This document shows positions 19,174-29,841 of a DNA stretch of 64,000 bases, piece by piece. Under the pieces are notes generated by a model. It did not search any database and was not told the origin of the DNA. It saw only the letters and a list, made by a program, of their open reading frames with translations. Within the stretch, counting starts at the first letter, position 1; each line of letters opens with the position of its first letter. Position numbers and translations under genes: made by a program. Source of the stretch: Rubrivivax sp. (lineage in GTDB: Bacteria; Pseudomonadota; Gammaproteobacteria; Burkholderiales; Burkholderiaceae_C). The stretch covers positions 30,899-94,898 of the forward strand of contig JAUXVE010000066.1 in the NCBI GenBank assembly GCA_030680415.1. The letters run 5' to 3'.

Positions 19174-20393
19174 CCACCCCCGGCGATCTGGCCTGGCCGT
19201 TCTTCGACGACGGCCACCGCGCCCTGGCGCGCGAGCTGGAGCAATGGACGGCGGACCGCCTGCCGCCCCTGCTCGAGCACGCCGAAGACGACCTCGACGC
19301 GGTCTACGCCTGCGTGCGCAGGCTGGTCGCCGAACTGGGCCGCGCCGGGCTGCTGCGCGTGTGCGTGCCGGCGGCCTATGGCGGCCTGCGTGAAAGGCTC
19401 GACGTGCGCAGCCTGAGCCTGGCGCGCGAAACGCTCGGCCGCGCCTCGGGCCTGGCCGACTTCGCGCTTGCCATGCAGGGCCTGGGCAGCGCACCGGTGA
19501 CGCTGTTCGGCAGCCACGAGCAGAAGCTCGCACTGCTGCCCGGCGTGGCTGCGGGCCGCACGGTGGCCGCGTTCGCGCTCTCCGAGCCCGATGCCGGGTC
19601 GGACGTCGCAGCCGTCGCCACCACGGCCACGCGCGTGAGCGGCGGCTGGCGCCTGGACGGCATCAAGACCTGGATCTCCAATGCCGGCCTGGCCGACAGC
19701 TACGTCATCTTCGCGCGCAGCGGCGAAGGTCCGGGCACCAAGGGGTTGTCGGCCTTCATCGTCGACGCCGAAACAAAGGGGCTCGACGCCAGCGAGCGCA
19801 TCGACGTCATCGCACCGCACCCGCTGGGCACGCTGAAGCTCGACGACTGCCGCGTCGGCGACGAGCAGTTGCTGGGCGAACCCGGCCAGGGTTTCAAGAT
19901 CGCGATGGGCACGCTCGACACCTTCCGCACCACGGTGGGCGCCGCGGCGCTGGGTTTCGCGCGACGCGCGCTCGACGAGTCCGTGCAGCGGGCGCACGCC
20001 CGGCGACTGTTCGGCCGCACACTGGCCGAGTTCCAGCTCACGCAGATGAAGCTCGGCGAGATGGCGATGGCCATCGACGCTTCGGCGCTGATGGTCTACC
20101 GCGCCGCCTGGACCAAGGACGTGCGCGGCGGTCGCGTCACGCGCGAGGCGTCGATGGCCAAGCTGTTTGCCACCGAATCGGCGCAGCAGGTGATCGACGC
20201 CGCAGTGCAGCTGTTCGGCGGCCTGGGCGTGGTGCGCGGCGTGACGGTGGAGCGGCTGTACCGCGAGATCCGCGCGCTGCGCATCTACGAAGGCGCCAGC
20301 GAAGTGCTCAAGCTGATCATCGGCGGCCTCGCGCTCGCGCCGGCCGCGCCGGCCGTGGCGCCGCCAGCCCGGCCGCCGGTCCCTTCGGCCTGA
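19170..20393 (+). CDS. Acyl-CoA dehydrogenase (abm-cluster type)
   Basis: [39 protein letters not shown]. Confidence 0.9.
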   Translation: MTTPGDLAWPFFDDGHRALARELEQWTADRLPPLLEHAEDDLDAVYACVRRLVAELGRAGLLRVCVPAAYGGLRERLDVRSLSLARETLGRASGLADFALAMQGLGSAPVTLFGSHEQKLALLPGVAAGRTVAAFALSEPDAGSDVAAVATTATRVSGGWRLDGIKTWISNAGLADSYVIFARSGEGPGTKGLSAFIVDAETKGLDASERIDVIAPHPLGTLKLDDCRVGDEQLLGEPGQGFKIAMGTLDTFRTTVGAAALGFARRALDESVQRAHARRLFGRTLAEFQLTQMKLGEMAMAIDASALMVYRAAWTKDVRGGRVTREASMAKLFATESAQQVIDAAVQLFGGLGVVRGVTVERLYREIRALRIYEGASEVLKLIIGGLALAPAAPAVAPPARPPVPSA

Positions 20394-20447
20394 CCCTGGA
20401 GTGAGCCTGCAAGGTCGCCAACCGCCGCCACCCCACCGGCATCGTGC

Positions 20448-21035
20448 TCACCCGCGCTTCCAGTCAGGCGGCGTCTGCAGCCGCGGCCGCTGCGCCTCGG
20501 CGGCGCGCAGCGGTGCCACCTCTTTCATGGAGGCCAGGCAACGCCGCGTCAGGTCGTGATAGATGGCCGTGCCTTCGCGCTTGCGGACCACTTCTTCGTC
20601 GCTCAGCTGGCGCAGGTTCTTCGCCGGCACACCGGCGGCCAGCCAACGTGCCGGCACCCGCATCCCGGCGCGTACGAAGGCGCAGGCAGCGACCATGGCC
20701 TGCTCGCCGATCTCGGCCTCGTCCATCACGACCGCATTGATGCCCACCAACGCACCACCCCGCACGACGCAGGCATGCAGCACGGCGCCATGCCCGATGT
20801 GCCCGTTCTCTTCGATCAAGGTATCGGCAAACGGGAACCCGTGCACGACGCAGGTGTCCTGCACGTTCGCCCCGGCCTGCAACACGATGCGGCCGAAGTC
20901 ACCGCGCAGCGAGGCGTTCGGCCCGACATAGCAGCCCGGGCCGATGAAGACGTCACCGATCAGCACGGCACTGGGGTGCACGTAGGCGGCGGCGTCGACG
21001 ACGGGCGTCACACCTTCGACTGAATAGCAGGGCAC
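20448..21035 (-). CDS. Gamma-carbonic-anhydrase-like hexapeptide-repeat protein (PaaY/CaiE-like)
   Basis: HPSAVLIGDV, LRGDFG, ANVQDTCVVHGF, GHIGHGAVLHAC. Confidence 0.85.
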   Translation of the reverse strand: MPCYSVEGVTPVVDAAAYVHPSAVLIGDVFIGPGCYVGPNASLRGDFGRIVLQAGANVQDTCVVHGFPFADTLIEENGHIGHGAVLHACVVRGGALVGINAVVMDEAEIGEQAMVAACAFVRAGMRVPARWLAAGVPAKNLRQLSDEEVVRKREGTAIYHDLTRRCLASMKEVAPLRAAEAQRPRLQTPPDWKRG

Positions 21036-21292
21036 GACGATCTCCTGGAGATACGGCGCGGAGGCGCCCGCGCCCGCTCAGCCGCTCGGCGGCCTGTCCC
21101 CGGGGTATCGATACGCCGGGCGACGACTGGCAGCCGCGATTCTGACCGATGCCGTGCAGCCGACGCCGCGGCGTGCGCCAGGCGCAGTCGCCGCTGACAG
21201 GCGGCGCTGGACGCCGACCCGCCGCGAGGAGAATTGATCTGGTTCAACAAAGCCGCAGAACCTCGGAGAAACCCGGTGGCGCGCGGCGCTCT

Positions 21293-21310
21293 CTGTATAC
21301 AGTATGCACA
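21293..21310. promoter_or_regulatory. Putative GntR/FadR-family operator
   Basis: Perfect palindrome CTGTATACAG (21293-21302) followed by a related TATGCACA, about 45 bp upstream of the gntR start. Confidence 0.6.
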
Positions 21311-21347
21311 GGATCCCGGCAGCTCACGCCGGGCATGGAGGTTGCGG

Positions 21348-22055
21348 GTGTCCAGCCGTTCGCTCAAGCCCCTCGAGCGCCAACCCGTGCTGGTCGAGCA
21401 GGTCTACGACGCGCTGCGCCTGCAGTTGCGCAATGGCGGCGTGCGCCCGGGTCAAGCCCTGCAGGAAGTGCGGATCGCCGAGCAACTGGGTGTCTCGCGC
21501 ACGCCGGTGCGCGAAGCGATGGCGCGGCTGGCCAGCGAGGGCCTGCTCGCCACCGATCGACGCAGCTTCACGGTGCCTGCGCTCACGCTGGCCGACGTCG
21601 ACGACATCTACGAGCTGCGCTGCCTGATCGAACCGGCCGCTCTGCGCCGCGTCGCGCAACTGGCCGGCGACGCCACGCTGCGACAGGACATCGACCGCGC
21701 CCTGGTCGACGCGGCGGGGGCCCATCGCGCGGGCGACAGCCAGGCCTTCCAGGACGCCAACGTGCGCTACCGCGCGGCGTGGCTGGCCCTGGTGCCCAAC
21801 CAGCGCTGGGTGCGCATGATCGAGCTGTACGCCGACCACATGCAGCACATCCGTGCCGTCACGCTCGGCAGCTCCAGCGTGCGCACGATCGTGCTGCGGG
21901 GCCTGAAGCGCATCACCGCCGCGCTGAGCACCGGCGACGGCGACGCCGCGGCCGCGGCCATGCACGAGCACCTGCTGCAGGCACGCCACGCCTTCATCCG
22001 TGCCGTCGGGCTCGACGGCCAGGCTGCGGTTCAACGAAGGAGCAAGGGCTCGTGA
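21348..22055 (+). CDS. GntR-family regulator (HTH + FCD) heading the iaa-like operon
   Basis: IAEQLGVSRTPVREAMARL HTH; GGAGG RBS near 21337; start at GTG 21348 or TTG 21342. Confidence 0.88.
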   Translation: MSSRSLKPLERQPVLVEQVYDALRLQLRNGGVRPGQALQEVRIAEQLGVSRTPVREAMARLASEGLLATDRRSFTVPALTLADVDDIYELRCLIEPAALRRVAQLAGDATLRQDIDRALVDAAGAHRAGDSQAFQDANVRYRAAWLALVPNQRWVRMIELYADHMQHIRAVTLGSSSVRTIVLRGLKRITAALSTGDGDAAAAAMHEHLLQARHAFIRAVGLDGQAAVQRRSKGS

Positions 22056-23263
22056 ACTACCTCGCCGCGATCCCCTACGGTGCCTACTGGTGCACGCCCT
22101 TCGCGCGCTGGCAGGGCAGTTTCGCCCACCTCCACAGCGTGGAGTTCGCGGCCCACGTGGCGCGGCGCGAGCTGGCGCGCCGCGGTATCGACGCGGCGCG
22201 CTTCGACTACGGCGTGCTCGGCTTTTCGGTGCCGCAGAAGCACTCGTTCTACGGCCTGCCTTGGCTGACGGGCCTGGTCGGCGCCACGCAGGCCGGCGGC
22301 CCGACCCTGATGCAGGCCTGCGCCACCGGCGTGCGCACGCTGCTCGCCGCCGCGCAGGAGATCGAGGTCGGCCTGGCCACCACGGCGCTGGTGATCAACT
22401 GCGACCGCACCTCCAACGGCCCGCACCTGTACTACCCCAACCCGCGCGGCCCCGGCGGCACTGGCGTGGCCGAGGACTGGGTGCTGGACAACTTCGGCTG
22501 CGATCCGCTGGGCGGGCACTCGATGCTCGCCACCGCGGAAAACGTCGCAATGCGACACGGCATCGACACGGCACAGCAGCACGAGGTGGTGCTGCACCGC
22601 GAAGCCCAGTACACGCAGGCCCTGGCCGACAACTCGGCCTTCCTGCGGCGCTTCATGACCCTGCCCTTCGAGGTGCCCGGGCCCGGCTTCAGGAAGACCG
22701 TGGCCGTGCTCGAAGGCGACGAGGGCATCTCGCACTCGACCGCCGCGGGGCTGGCCGCACTCAAGCCCGTCACTCCAGGCGGCAGCGTCACCTTCGGTGG
22801 CCAGACGCACCCGGCCGACGGCAACGCGGGCCTGCTGGTGACCACCCGCGAGCAGGCACGCGAGCTGGCGGTCAACCCGAAGATTGCGGTGCGCCTGCTC
22901 GGCTTCGGCCTGGCGCGCGCCGAACTGGCCTACATGCCCGAGGCCACGGTGCCGGCAGCGCAGCGCGCGCTCGCGCAGGCCGGACAGCGCATCGAGCAGA
23001 TGGCAGCCGTCAAGACGCACAACCCGTTCGCCCTCAACGACCTTCTTTTCGCGCGCAGCACCGGCATCGACTGGCGGACCATGAACAACTACGGGTGTTC
23101 GCTCGTCTGGGGTCACCCGCAAGCGCCGATGGGCACGCGCGCGATCATCGAACTGATCGAGGAGCTCGCGCTGCGTGGCGGCGGCTTCGGCCTGTTCACG
23201 GGCTGTGCGGCCGGCGACACCGCGATGGCGGTCGTGCTCGAGGTCTGCGATGCCGCGGCCTGA
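22052..23263 (+). CDS. iaaA: Thiolase (IaaA-like)
   Basis: Catalytic motifs QACATG, THNPFA, WGHPQ, GCAAG; symbol assigned from position in an iaa-type gene order. Confidence 0.72.
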   Translation: MNYLAAIPYGAYWCTPFARWQGSFAHLHSVEFAAHVARRELARRGIDAARFDYGVLGFSVPQKHSFYGLPWLTGLVGATQAGGPTLMQACATGVRTLLAAAQEIEVGLATTALVINCDRTSNGPHLYYPNPRGPGGTGVAEDWVLDNFGCDPLGGHSMLATAENVAMRHGIDTAQQHEVVLHREAQYTQALADNSAFLRRFMTLPFEVPGPGFRKTVAVLEGDEGISHSTAAGLAALKPVTPGGSVTFGGQTHPADGNAGLLVTTREQARELAVNPKIAVRLLGFGLARAELAYMPEATVPAAQRALAQAGQRIEQMAAVKTHNPFALNDLLFARSTGIDWRTMNNYGCSLVWGHPQAPMGTRAIIELIEELALRGGGFGLFTGCAAGDTAMAVVLEVCDAAA

Positions 23264-23346
23264 AGCGAGCCGAACCATGCGGCCGAAGCCGCGCGCCGAT
23301 GCCTGCCGGGCGAGTGGCGCGCCAGGCTGAGCCGGAGGCCGATGCG

Positions 23347-24897
23347 ATGCCGCTCGCCGACTGGATTGCCGCCCATGCCAGGCGCACGCCGGCCCGGGTC
23401 GCCGTTCGTTTCGAAGACCAGACCCTGAGCTACGGCGGCCTCGCGGCGCGTTGCGAACAGATCGCCGGCGCCCTGTGTGCGGCCGGGGTGGCGCGCGGCG
23501 AGCGTGTCGCCTGGCTGGGCCTGAACTGCCCGGCGATGCTCGCCACGCTGTTCGCCTGCGCCAGACTCGGCGCGATCTTCATGCCCCTGAACTGGCGCCT
23601 TGCGCCGGCCGAGCACAAGGCGATGCTGCACGACTGCCTGCCCGCGGTGCTGTGTGCCGACGACGCCTACGCCGCCGCCAGCGCCGCCGCAGGCATCGCG
23701 CCGGCAGGCACACGCTGCGTCGCACGCAGCGCCGCCCCTGCCGGCTGGACACGCTGGGACGCTTTCCTCGCCGCGGCGCGGCCGCCGGCAGCGAGCGAGG
23801 CGGCGGTGGACAACAGCGCGCCGCTGCTGCTGTGCTACACCTCGGGCTCGACGGGGCGGCCCAAAGGCGTGCTGCTGAGCCAGGACGCCCTGGCCGCCAA
23901 CGCCGACGCCAGCGTCGACATGCACGCGATGACCAGCGACGACCGCGTGCTGACGACGCTGCCGCTGTTTCACGTCGGCGGCCTGAACATCCAGACCACG
24001 CCGGCGCTGCGCACCGGTTGCACCGTCGTGCTGCACGCCCGCTTCGACCCCGATGCCGTGTTCGACGCCATCGAGCGCGAACGCATCACGCTGACCGTGC
24101 TGGTGCCGGCGCAACTCGACGCGATGATCGCGCACCCGCGCTGGGCCCACGCCGACCTCTCGAGCCTGCGCATGATCAGCACCGGTTCGACGATGGTGCC
24201 CGAGCGCCTGATCCGCACCGTGCACGCACGCGGCGTGCCGCTGGTGCTGGTCTGGGGCGCCACCGAAACCGCGCCCATCGCGGCCTGCCTGCATGCCGAC
24301 GAGGCCATGCGCAAGGTCGGCTCGACCGGTCGCGCCGCCGCCGGGTGCGAACTGCGCATCGTCGACGCCGCCGGCCGCGACGCCGCACCGGGCAGCAGCG
24401 GCGAGATCCTCGTGCGCGGGCGCACCGTGATGAGCGGCTACTGGCGCGATGCGCCCGCCACCGCCAGGGCGCTGGCCGGAGGCTGGTACCACTCGGGCGA
24501 CAGCGGTCACTTCGACGACGACGGCTATCTCCATGTCGATGGCCGGCTCAAGGACATGATCATTTCGGGCGGCGAGAACGTCAGTCCGGCCGAAGTCGAA
24601 GCGGTGCTGCTCGAGTGCCCGGCCGTGGCCGAGGCGGCCGTCGTCGGCCGCGCCGACGAGCGCTGGGGCGAGGCGGTCGTCGCCGTCGTCACGGCGGCGC
24701 CCGGCGCGACGCTCACCGCCGAGCGCGTGATGGCCCTGTTCGACGGCCGGCTCGCGCGCTTCAAGCAACCCAAGCAGGTGTTCGTCGTCGACGCGCTGCC
24801 GCGCACGGCGCTGGGCAAGGTGCGCAAGGAAGAGGTGCGGCAGCTCGTCGCCCGTCTGGGCGCAGCGGCGCCCATCCACGTGGGGCGTATCGAATGA
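23347..24897 (+). CDS. iaaB: Acyl-CoA ligase (IaaB-like indoleacetate-CoA ligase)
   Basis: YTSGSTGRPKG, WGATET, SGDSG, DGRLKDMIISGGEN, PRTALGK; symbol from synteny. Confidence 0.7.
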   Translation: MPLADWIAAHARRTPARVAVRFEDQTLSYGGLAARCEQIAGALCAAGVARGERVAWLGLNCPAMLATLFACARLGAIFMPLNWRLAPAEHKAMLHDCLPAVLCADDAYAAASAAAGIAPAGTRCVARSAAPAGWTRWDAFLAAARPPAASEAAVDNSAPLLLCYTSGSTGRPKGVLLSQDALAANADASVDMHAMTSDDRVLTTLPLFHVGGLNIQTTPALRTGCTVVLHARFDPDAVFDAIERERITLTVLVPAQLDAMIAHPRWAHADLSSLRMISTGSTMVPERLIRTVHARGVPLVLVWGATETAPIAACLHADEAMRKVGSTGRAAAGCELRIVDAAGRDAAPGSSGEILVRGRTVMSGYWRDAPATARALAGGWYHSGDSGHFDDDGYLHVDGRLKDMIISGGENVSPAEVEAVLLECPAVAEAAVVGRADERWGEAVVAVVTAAPGATLTAERVMALFDGRLARFKQPKQVFVVDALPRTALGKVRKEEVRQLVARLGAAAPIHVGRIE

Positions 24898-27023
24898 GTC
24901 TCAAGATCGGCATCGACGTCGGCGGCACCTTCACCGACTTCGTCGTCGCCCGCGACGGCGAGCCGCCGCGCATCCACAAGACCCTGTCGACGCCGGCCGA
25001 CCCGTCGATCGCCGTCGTCGAGGGGCTGGCGCAGATCGCCGCGGGCATGCACCCGCCGCCGACCTTGCAGGAGTTCGCGCGCTCGATCGGCACCATCGTG
25101 CACGGCACGACCGTGACCACCAACGCCACGCTCACCAGCAGCGGCGCGCGCTGCGCGCTGCTGACCACCGAGGGCGTGCGCGATGCGCTGGAGATGCGCC
25201 GCGGCGTGCGCGAGGAGCAGTACAACAACCGCTATACCAACGTGCGCCCGCTGGTGCCACGCGAGCGCCGCATCGGCATCCGCGGCCGCATCGACCGCGA
25301 CGGCGCCCAGACCACGCCGCTCGACCTCGACGCAGTGCGCGCGGCGCTGGCGCTGTGGCGCGCCGACGGTGTGCAGGCCGTCGCGCTGTGTTTCATGAAC
25401 GCCTACGCCAACCCGGCGCATGAGCAGGCGGCGGCCGAGATCGTGCGGCGCGAGCTGCCCGACGCGTACTTGTCGGTGTCCACCGACGTGTTGCCGTCGA
25501 TCCGCTTCTACGACCGCGTCAGCACCACGGCGCTGAATGCCTACGTCGGCCCCAAGCTCGAGCATTACCTCGACCAGCTGGTCGAGCGGCTCGCCGGCAT
25601 CGGCTTCGGCGGGCTGCTGCTGATCATGCAGTCCAACGGCGGCGTGATCTCGCCGCAGGCGGCGCGCGACAAGGCAGCCTTGACGCTGCTGTCGGGGCCG
25701 GCCGGCGGGCCCGGCGCGGGGCTGTTCTATGTCGCTGCGCACGGGCAGCGGCGCTGCATCACCACCGACATGGGCGGCACCAGTTTCGAGGCCTCGGTCG
25801 CGGTGGGTGCGCCGATGGTCAAGAACGACGGCGAGATCGCGCGCCACCGGATCGCGCTGCCGATGCTCGACATCCACACCATCGGCGCCGGTGGCGGCTC
25901 GATCGGCTGGCTCGACGAAGGAGGCCTGCTGCGCATGGGCCCGCACAGCGCCGGCGCCGACCCCGGCCCGGCCTGCTATGGCCGCGGCGGCCGGCTGCCC
26001 ACCACCACCGACGCCAATGCCGTGCTCGGCTACCTCGACCCGGCGTTCTTTGCCGGCGGCCGCATGACGCTGGACGTGCAGGCGGCGCGGCGCGCGATCG
26101 AAGAGCACATCGCGCAGCCGATGGGGCTGAGCATCGAGCAGGCGGCCGCCGGCATGTACCGCGTGGCCTGCAACAACATGGCACAGGGCGTGCGTGAGGT
26201 GACCATCAAGCGCGGTTTCGACCCGCGCGAGTTCCCGCTCATTCCCGGCGGCGGCGCCGGCCCGATCCACGGCTGCCTGATCTGCAGCGAGCTCGGCATC
26301 CCGCTGCAGATCGTGCCGCGCGAGGCCTCGGTGCTGTGCGCCTTCGGCATGCTGATGAGCGAGCTGCGGCACGACTTCGTGCGCACCTTCGTCGCCCGCC
26401 TGGAAGGCATCGACTGGGCGCGTCTGTCGGCGCTGGTCGCGGCGATGGCGGCCGAGGGCACACGCCTGCTCGCCGCAGAGGGCATCGAAGCCGCACGCCG
26501 GCGCGTCGACCTGCGGCTGGATTGCCGCTACGTCAAGCAGTACCACGAGGTCTCGGTGGCGGTGCCGGGGGATCTGGTCGAGCGCCGCGACGCCGGCGCC
26601 ATCGCGGCCGCGTTCCATGCCGAACACCTGCGTCTGTACGGCTACTCGCTGCAGGCCGAGGGCTCGGCGGTCGAGATCATCAACGTGCGGCTGCAGGCGA
26701 TCGGCGCCACCGAGCGCCCAACCTACCGCAGCGAGGCGGCAGGCGACGCCGACGCCAGCCCGGCGCTGAAGGGCCGACGCCGCGTCTACGTTCCCGAGCG
26801 CGACGCCTACGCCGAGGTGGCGGTCTACGACGGCCACCGCATGCGCAGCGGCCAGCGCCTCGCCGGGCCGGCGCTGATCGAACAGGAGACCACCGCGATC
26901 CTGGTCAGCGACTCCTTCGACTGCGTGGTCGACGCGCTCGGCTCGTTCGTGCTCTACGCCAAGGGCCGGGAAGACCTGGTGGCCGCCAGCCTGCAGCAAG
27001 GGCAAGAGGAGGTGTGCAAGTGA
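24894..27023 (+). CDS. iaaC: Hydantoinase A/oxoprolinase-family ATP-dependent amidohydrolase subunit (IaaC-like)
   Basis: IDVGGTFTD, HGTTVTTNA, MQSNGG, LSGPAGG, DMGGTS, IGAGGGS, AGADPGPACYG. Confidence 0.78.
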   Translation: MSLKIGIDVGGTFTDFVVARDGEPPRIHKTLSTPADPSIAVVEGLAQIAAGMHPPPTLQEFARSIGTIVHGTTVTTNATLTSSGARCALLTTEGVRDALEMRRGVREEQYNNRYTNVRPLVPRERRIGIRGRIDRDGAQTTPLDLDAVRAALALWRADGVQAVALCFMNAYANPAHEQAAAEIVRRELPDAYLSVSTDVLPSIRFYDRVSTTALNAYVGPKLEHYLDQLVERLAGIGFGGLLLIMQSNGGVISPQAARDKAALTLLSGPAGGPGAGLFYVAAHGQRRCITTDMGGTSFEASVAVGAPMVKNDGEIARHRIALPMLDIHTIGAGGGSIGWLDEGGLLRMGPHSAGADPGPACYGRGGRLPTTTDANAVLGYLDPAFFAGGRMTLDVQAARRAIEEHIAQPMGLSIEQAAAGMYRVACNNMAQGVREVTIKRGFDPREFPLIPGGGAGPIHGCLICSELGIPLQIVPREASVLCAFGMLMSELRHDFVRTFVARLEGIDWARLSALVAAMAAEGTRLLAAEGIEAARRRVDLRLDCRYVKQYHEVSVAVPGDLVERRDAGAIAAAFHAEHLRLYGYSLQAEGSAVEIINVRLQAIGATERPTYRSEAAGDADASPALKGRRRVYVPERDAYAEVAVYDGHRMRSGQRLAGPALIEQETTAILVSDSFDCVVDALGSFVLYAKGREDLVAASLQQGQEEVCK

Positions 27024-28711
27024 CGACCATCGACCCGATCCTGTTGACCGTCTACGCGCGCACCTTCAAGTCGATCACCGACGAGATGAGCATCTCGATG
27101 GCGCAGACCACGCGCAGCCCGATCCTGTGCGAGGCCAAGGACTACGTCACCGGCCTCTACGACGCCGAAGGGCGCATGCTCGAGCAGACCGAGAACCTGC
27201 CGATCCTGGCCTTCTCGCTGGCGCCCGTGTGCAAGCACATCCGCAAGACCTTCGACGGCGAGATCTATCCCGGCGACGTCTTCTTTCACAACGACGTCTT
27301 CACGCTGGGCAATCAGAACAACGATGTCGCAGCCTTCAAGCCGGTGTTCGTCGACGACGAACTGGTGGGCTGGACGGCGGTCAAGGGCCACCAGGCCGAC
27401 ATCGGCGGCGCGGTCGCCGGCGGCTACAACCCGAACGCGGTCGAGGTCTGGCAAGAGGCGCTGCGCATCCCGGCGGTCAAGATCGTCGAGCGCGGCCGGC
27501 TGCGCCAGGACGTGTGGAACCTGATCTTCGCCAACGTGCGGCTGGACATCGTGCAGCACGACATGAAGGCCGAGATGGGCGCCTGCACGGTGGGCGAGCG
27601 GCGCCTGGTCGAGCTGCTGCGCAAGTACGGCGTGGCCAGCTACACCGCGCACAAGCAGGCCTTGTTCGATGCCACGCGGCGCATGATGGAAGCCGAGATC
27701 GCCAAGATCCCGAACGGCCGCTACAGCGGCGAAGGCCGTGTCTACTACGACGGCCGCCACGAAGGCAGCAAGTTCACGATCCGCGTCGACATCGAGGTCC
27801 AGGACAAGCGCATCAGGTTCGACTACTCGCGCACCGACGCGCAGACCAACGGCTTCGTCAACGGCACCTTCACGTCCAGCGCCTCGGCCACCATCCTGAC
27901 GCTGCTGCAGATGGTCAACCCCGACATCCCGCACAACGAGGGCATGGTCGAGCCGATCGAGATCGTGATCCCCGAAGGCACGATCCTCAACGCCGCGTAC
28001 CCGAAGGCGACGACCTTCGGCAACCACCTGTGCCCGCCGAATGCCGACGCCATCCAGCGCGCCCTGGCGCCAGTGCTGCCGGACCGGGGGACGGCCGGCT
28101 GGAACAACCTGCTGGCCGCGCTGACCACCGGCATCGACCCCAGGACGGGCGAGAAGTACGTCGACATCGGCTTCATGGGCTTGAAGGGCGGCTCCGGCGC
28201 GATGCAGGGCTGCGACGGCTACGACCACATCGGCATGATCGACGCTTCGGGTGGTGTGCTCGACCAGGACTACGAGATGTTCGAGCAGCAGACGCCGCAC
28301 CGCCTGATCAAGCACGAGTTGCTCACCGATACGGCCGGCGCCGGCCAGTGGCGCGGCGGCCTGGGCGTGGAGACGATCTTCGAGATCGGCTCGCACGACA
28401 CCCAGCTCGTGACCTTCGGCGATGGCGATTTCGAAGGCGCCTTCGGTCTCGCGGGCGGCCACGGCGCGGGCCTGAACTTCATCCGCCTTCACTATCCCGA
28501 TGGCCACACCGAGGTGCCGCGCAACAAGGACCTCATCACCGGCGTGCCGTGCGGCACGGTCTACCACCAGGTGGCCAATGGCGGCGGCGGCTGGGGCGAT
28601 CCCTTGCTGCGCGACCGCAAGGTGCTGGCCGAAGAAGTGCGCAATGGCGTGATTTCGCGCGCCGCGGCAATGCGCGACTACGGCATGACCGAGCCGGACT
28701 TCGATCGATGA
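27020..28711 (+). CDS. iaaE: Hydantoinase B/oxoprolinase-family subunit (IaaE-like)
   Basis: TTRSPILCEAKD, KGHQADIGG, GAGQWRGGLG, GGGGWGDP; GTGA overlap with the hydantoinase A gene. Confidence 0.78.
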   Translation: MTTIDPILLTVYARTFKSITDEMSISMAQTTRSPILCEAKDYVTGLYDAEGRMLEQTENLPILAFSLAPVCKHIRKTFDGEIYPGDVFFHNDVFTLGNQNNDVAAFKPVFVDDELVGWTAVKGHQADIGGAVAGGYNPNAVEVWQEALRIPAVKIVERGRLRQDVWNLIFANVRLDIVQHDMKAEMGACTVGERRLVELLRKYGVASYTAHKQALFDATRRMMEAEIAKIPNGRYSGEGRVYYDGRHEGSKFTIRVDIEVQDKRIRFDYSRTDAQTNGFVNGTFTSSASATILTLLQMVNPDIPHNEGMVEPIEIVIPEGTILNAAYPKATTFGNHLCPPNADAIQRALAPVLPDRGTAGWNNLLAALTTGIDPRTGEKYVDIGFMGLKGGSGAMQGCDGYDHIGMIDASGGVLDQDYEMFEQQTPHRLIKHELLTDTAGAGQWRGGLGVETIFEIGSHDTQLVTFGDGDFEGAFGLAGGHGAGLNFIRLHYPDGHTEVPRNKDLITGVPCGTVYHQVANGGGGWGDPLLRDRKVLAEEVRNGVISRAAAMRDYGMTEPDFDR

Positions 28712-29841
28712 ACTTCGACCTCAGCGAAGACCAGCGCGCGATCCGCGACACCTTCGCGCGCTTCAGCGACCAGCGCATCGCGCCGCAGGCGGCGGCGCTC
28801 GACGAGGCGCGAACCTTTCCGCGCCAGCTCTTCGGCGAACTGGCCGCGCTCGGCTTCTTCGGCATGCGTTACCCCGAGGACGTCGGCGGCAGCGGCGCCG
28901 GCCTGCTGGAGTACTCGCTCGCGCTGGCGGAGATCGCACGCGGCTCGATGTCGCTGGCTGGCGCCGCGGCGATGCAGTCGCTGATGGGAACCAAGTTCCT
29001 GCACATGCTCGGCAACGCCGACATCGTCGAACGGCTGTTCAAGCCCGCGCTGCAGGGCCGCAAGATCGGCGCCATCTGCATGACCGAGCCCGACGCCGGC
29101 TCGGACCTGGACGCCATCGCCACCACGGCACGCAAGGTCGATGGCGGCTATGTGCTGAACGGCCGCAAGACCTGGATCACCTCGGCGCCGGTGGCCGACT
29201 TCTTCACCGTCTTCGCCAAGGCCGGTGCGGAAAACAAGCTCACCATCTTCCTGGTCGAGAAGCACTTCGCGGGTTTCAGCGTCGGGCGCGAGATCCACAA
29301 GATGGGTGTGTGGGCGCTGCCGACCTCTGAGGTCGGGTTCGCTGAATGCTTCGTGCCCGACAGCCACCGCCTGTCGAAAACCGAAGGCGACGGCGAGGCG
29401 CATCTGCGCAAGACGCTGGCCGAGATACGCATCATCACCGGCGCCATGGCGCTGGGCGTGGCGCGCGCGGCGCTGGCGGCGGCGCTGGCATATGCCGGCG
29501 AGCGCAAGCAATTCGGCAAGCCGATCAACCGCTTTCAGGCCATCCAGTTCAAGCTCGCCGAGATGGCCACCGACCTCGAAGCCGCGGTGCACCTGGTGCA
29601 CTACGCGGCCTGGCTGCATGGCGCCGGGCGGCCGCACCACAAGGAAGCGGCGATGGCCAAGCTCAACGCCAGCGAGGCCGCGGCGCGCATCTGCGACCAG
29701 GCCGCACGTGTGCTGGCCAGCTACGGCTACGCGATGGAGTACCCGGTGCAGCGCCACCTGCGCGACGTGCGCTTCACGCTTATCGGTGGCGGCACCAGCG
29801 AGATCCTCAAACTCATCATCGCCAAGGAAGTGTCGTCATGA
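28708..29841 (+). CDS. iaaF: Acyl-CoA dehydrogenase (IaaF-like)
   Basis: CMTEPDAGSD, LNGRKTWIT, RKQFGKPI, IGGGTSEI; symbol from synteny. Confidence 0.75.
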   Translation: MNFDLSEDQRAIRDTFARFSDQRIAPQAAALDEARTFPRQLFGELAALGFFGMRYPEDVGGSGAGLLEYSLALAEIARGSMSLAGAAAMQSLMGTKFLHMLGNADIVERLFKPALQGRKIGAICMTEPDAGSDLDAIATTARKVDGGYVLNGRKTWITSAPVADFFTVFAKAGAENKLTIFLVEKHFAGFSVGREIHKMGVWALPTSEVGFAECFVPDSHRLSKTEGDGEAHLRKTLAEIRIITGAMALGVARAALAAALAYAGERKQFGKPINRFQAIQFKLAEMATDLEAAVHLVHYAAWLHGAGRPHHKEAAMAKLNASEAAARICDQAARVLASYGYAMEYPVQRHLRDVRFTLIGGGTSEILKLIIAKEVSS

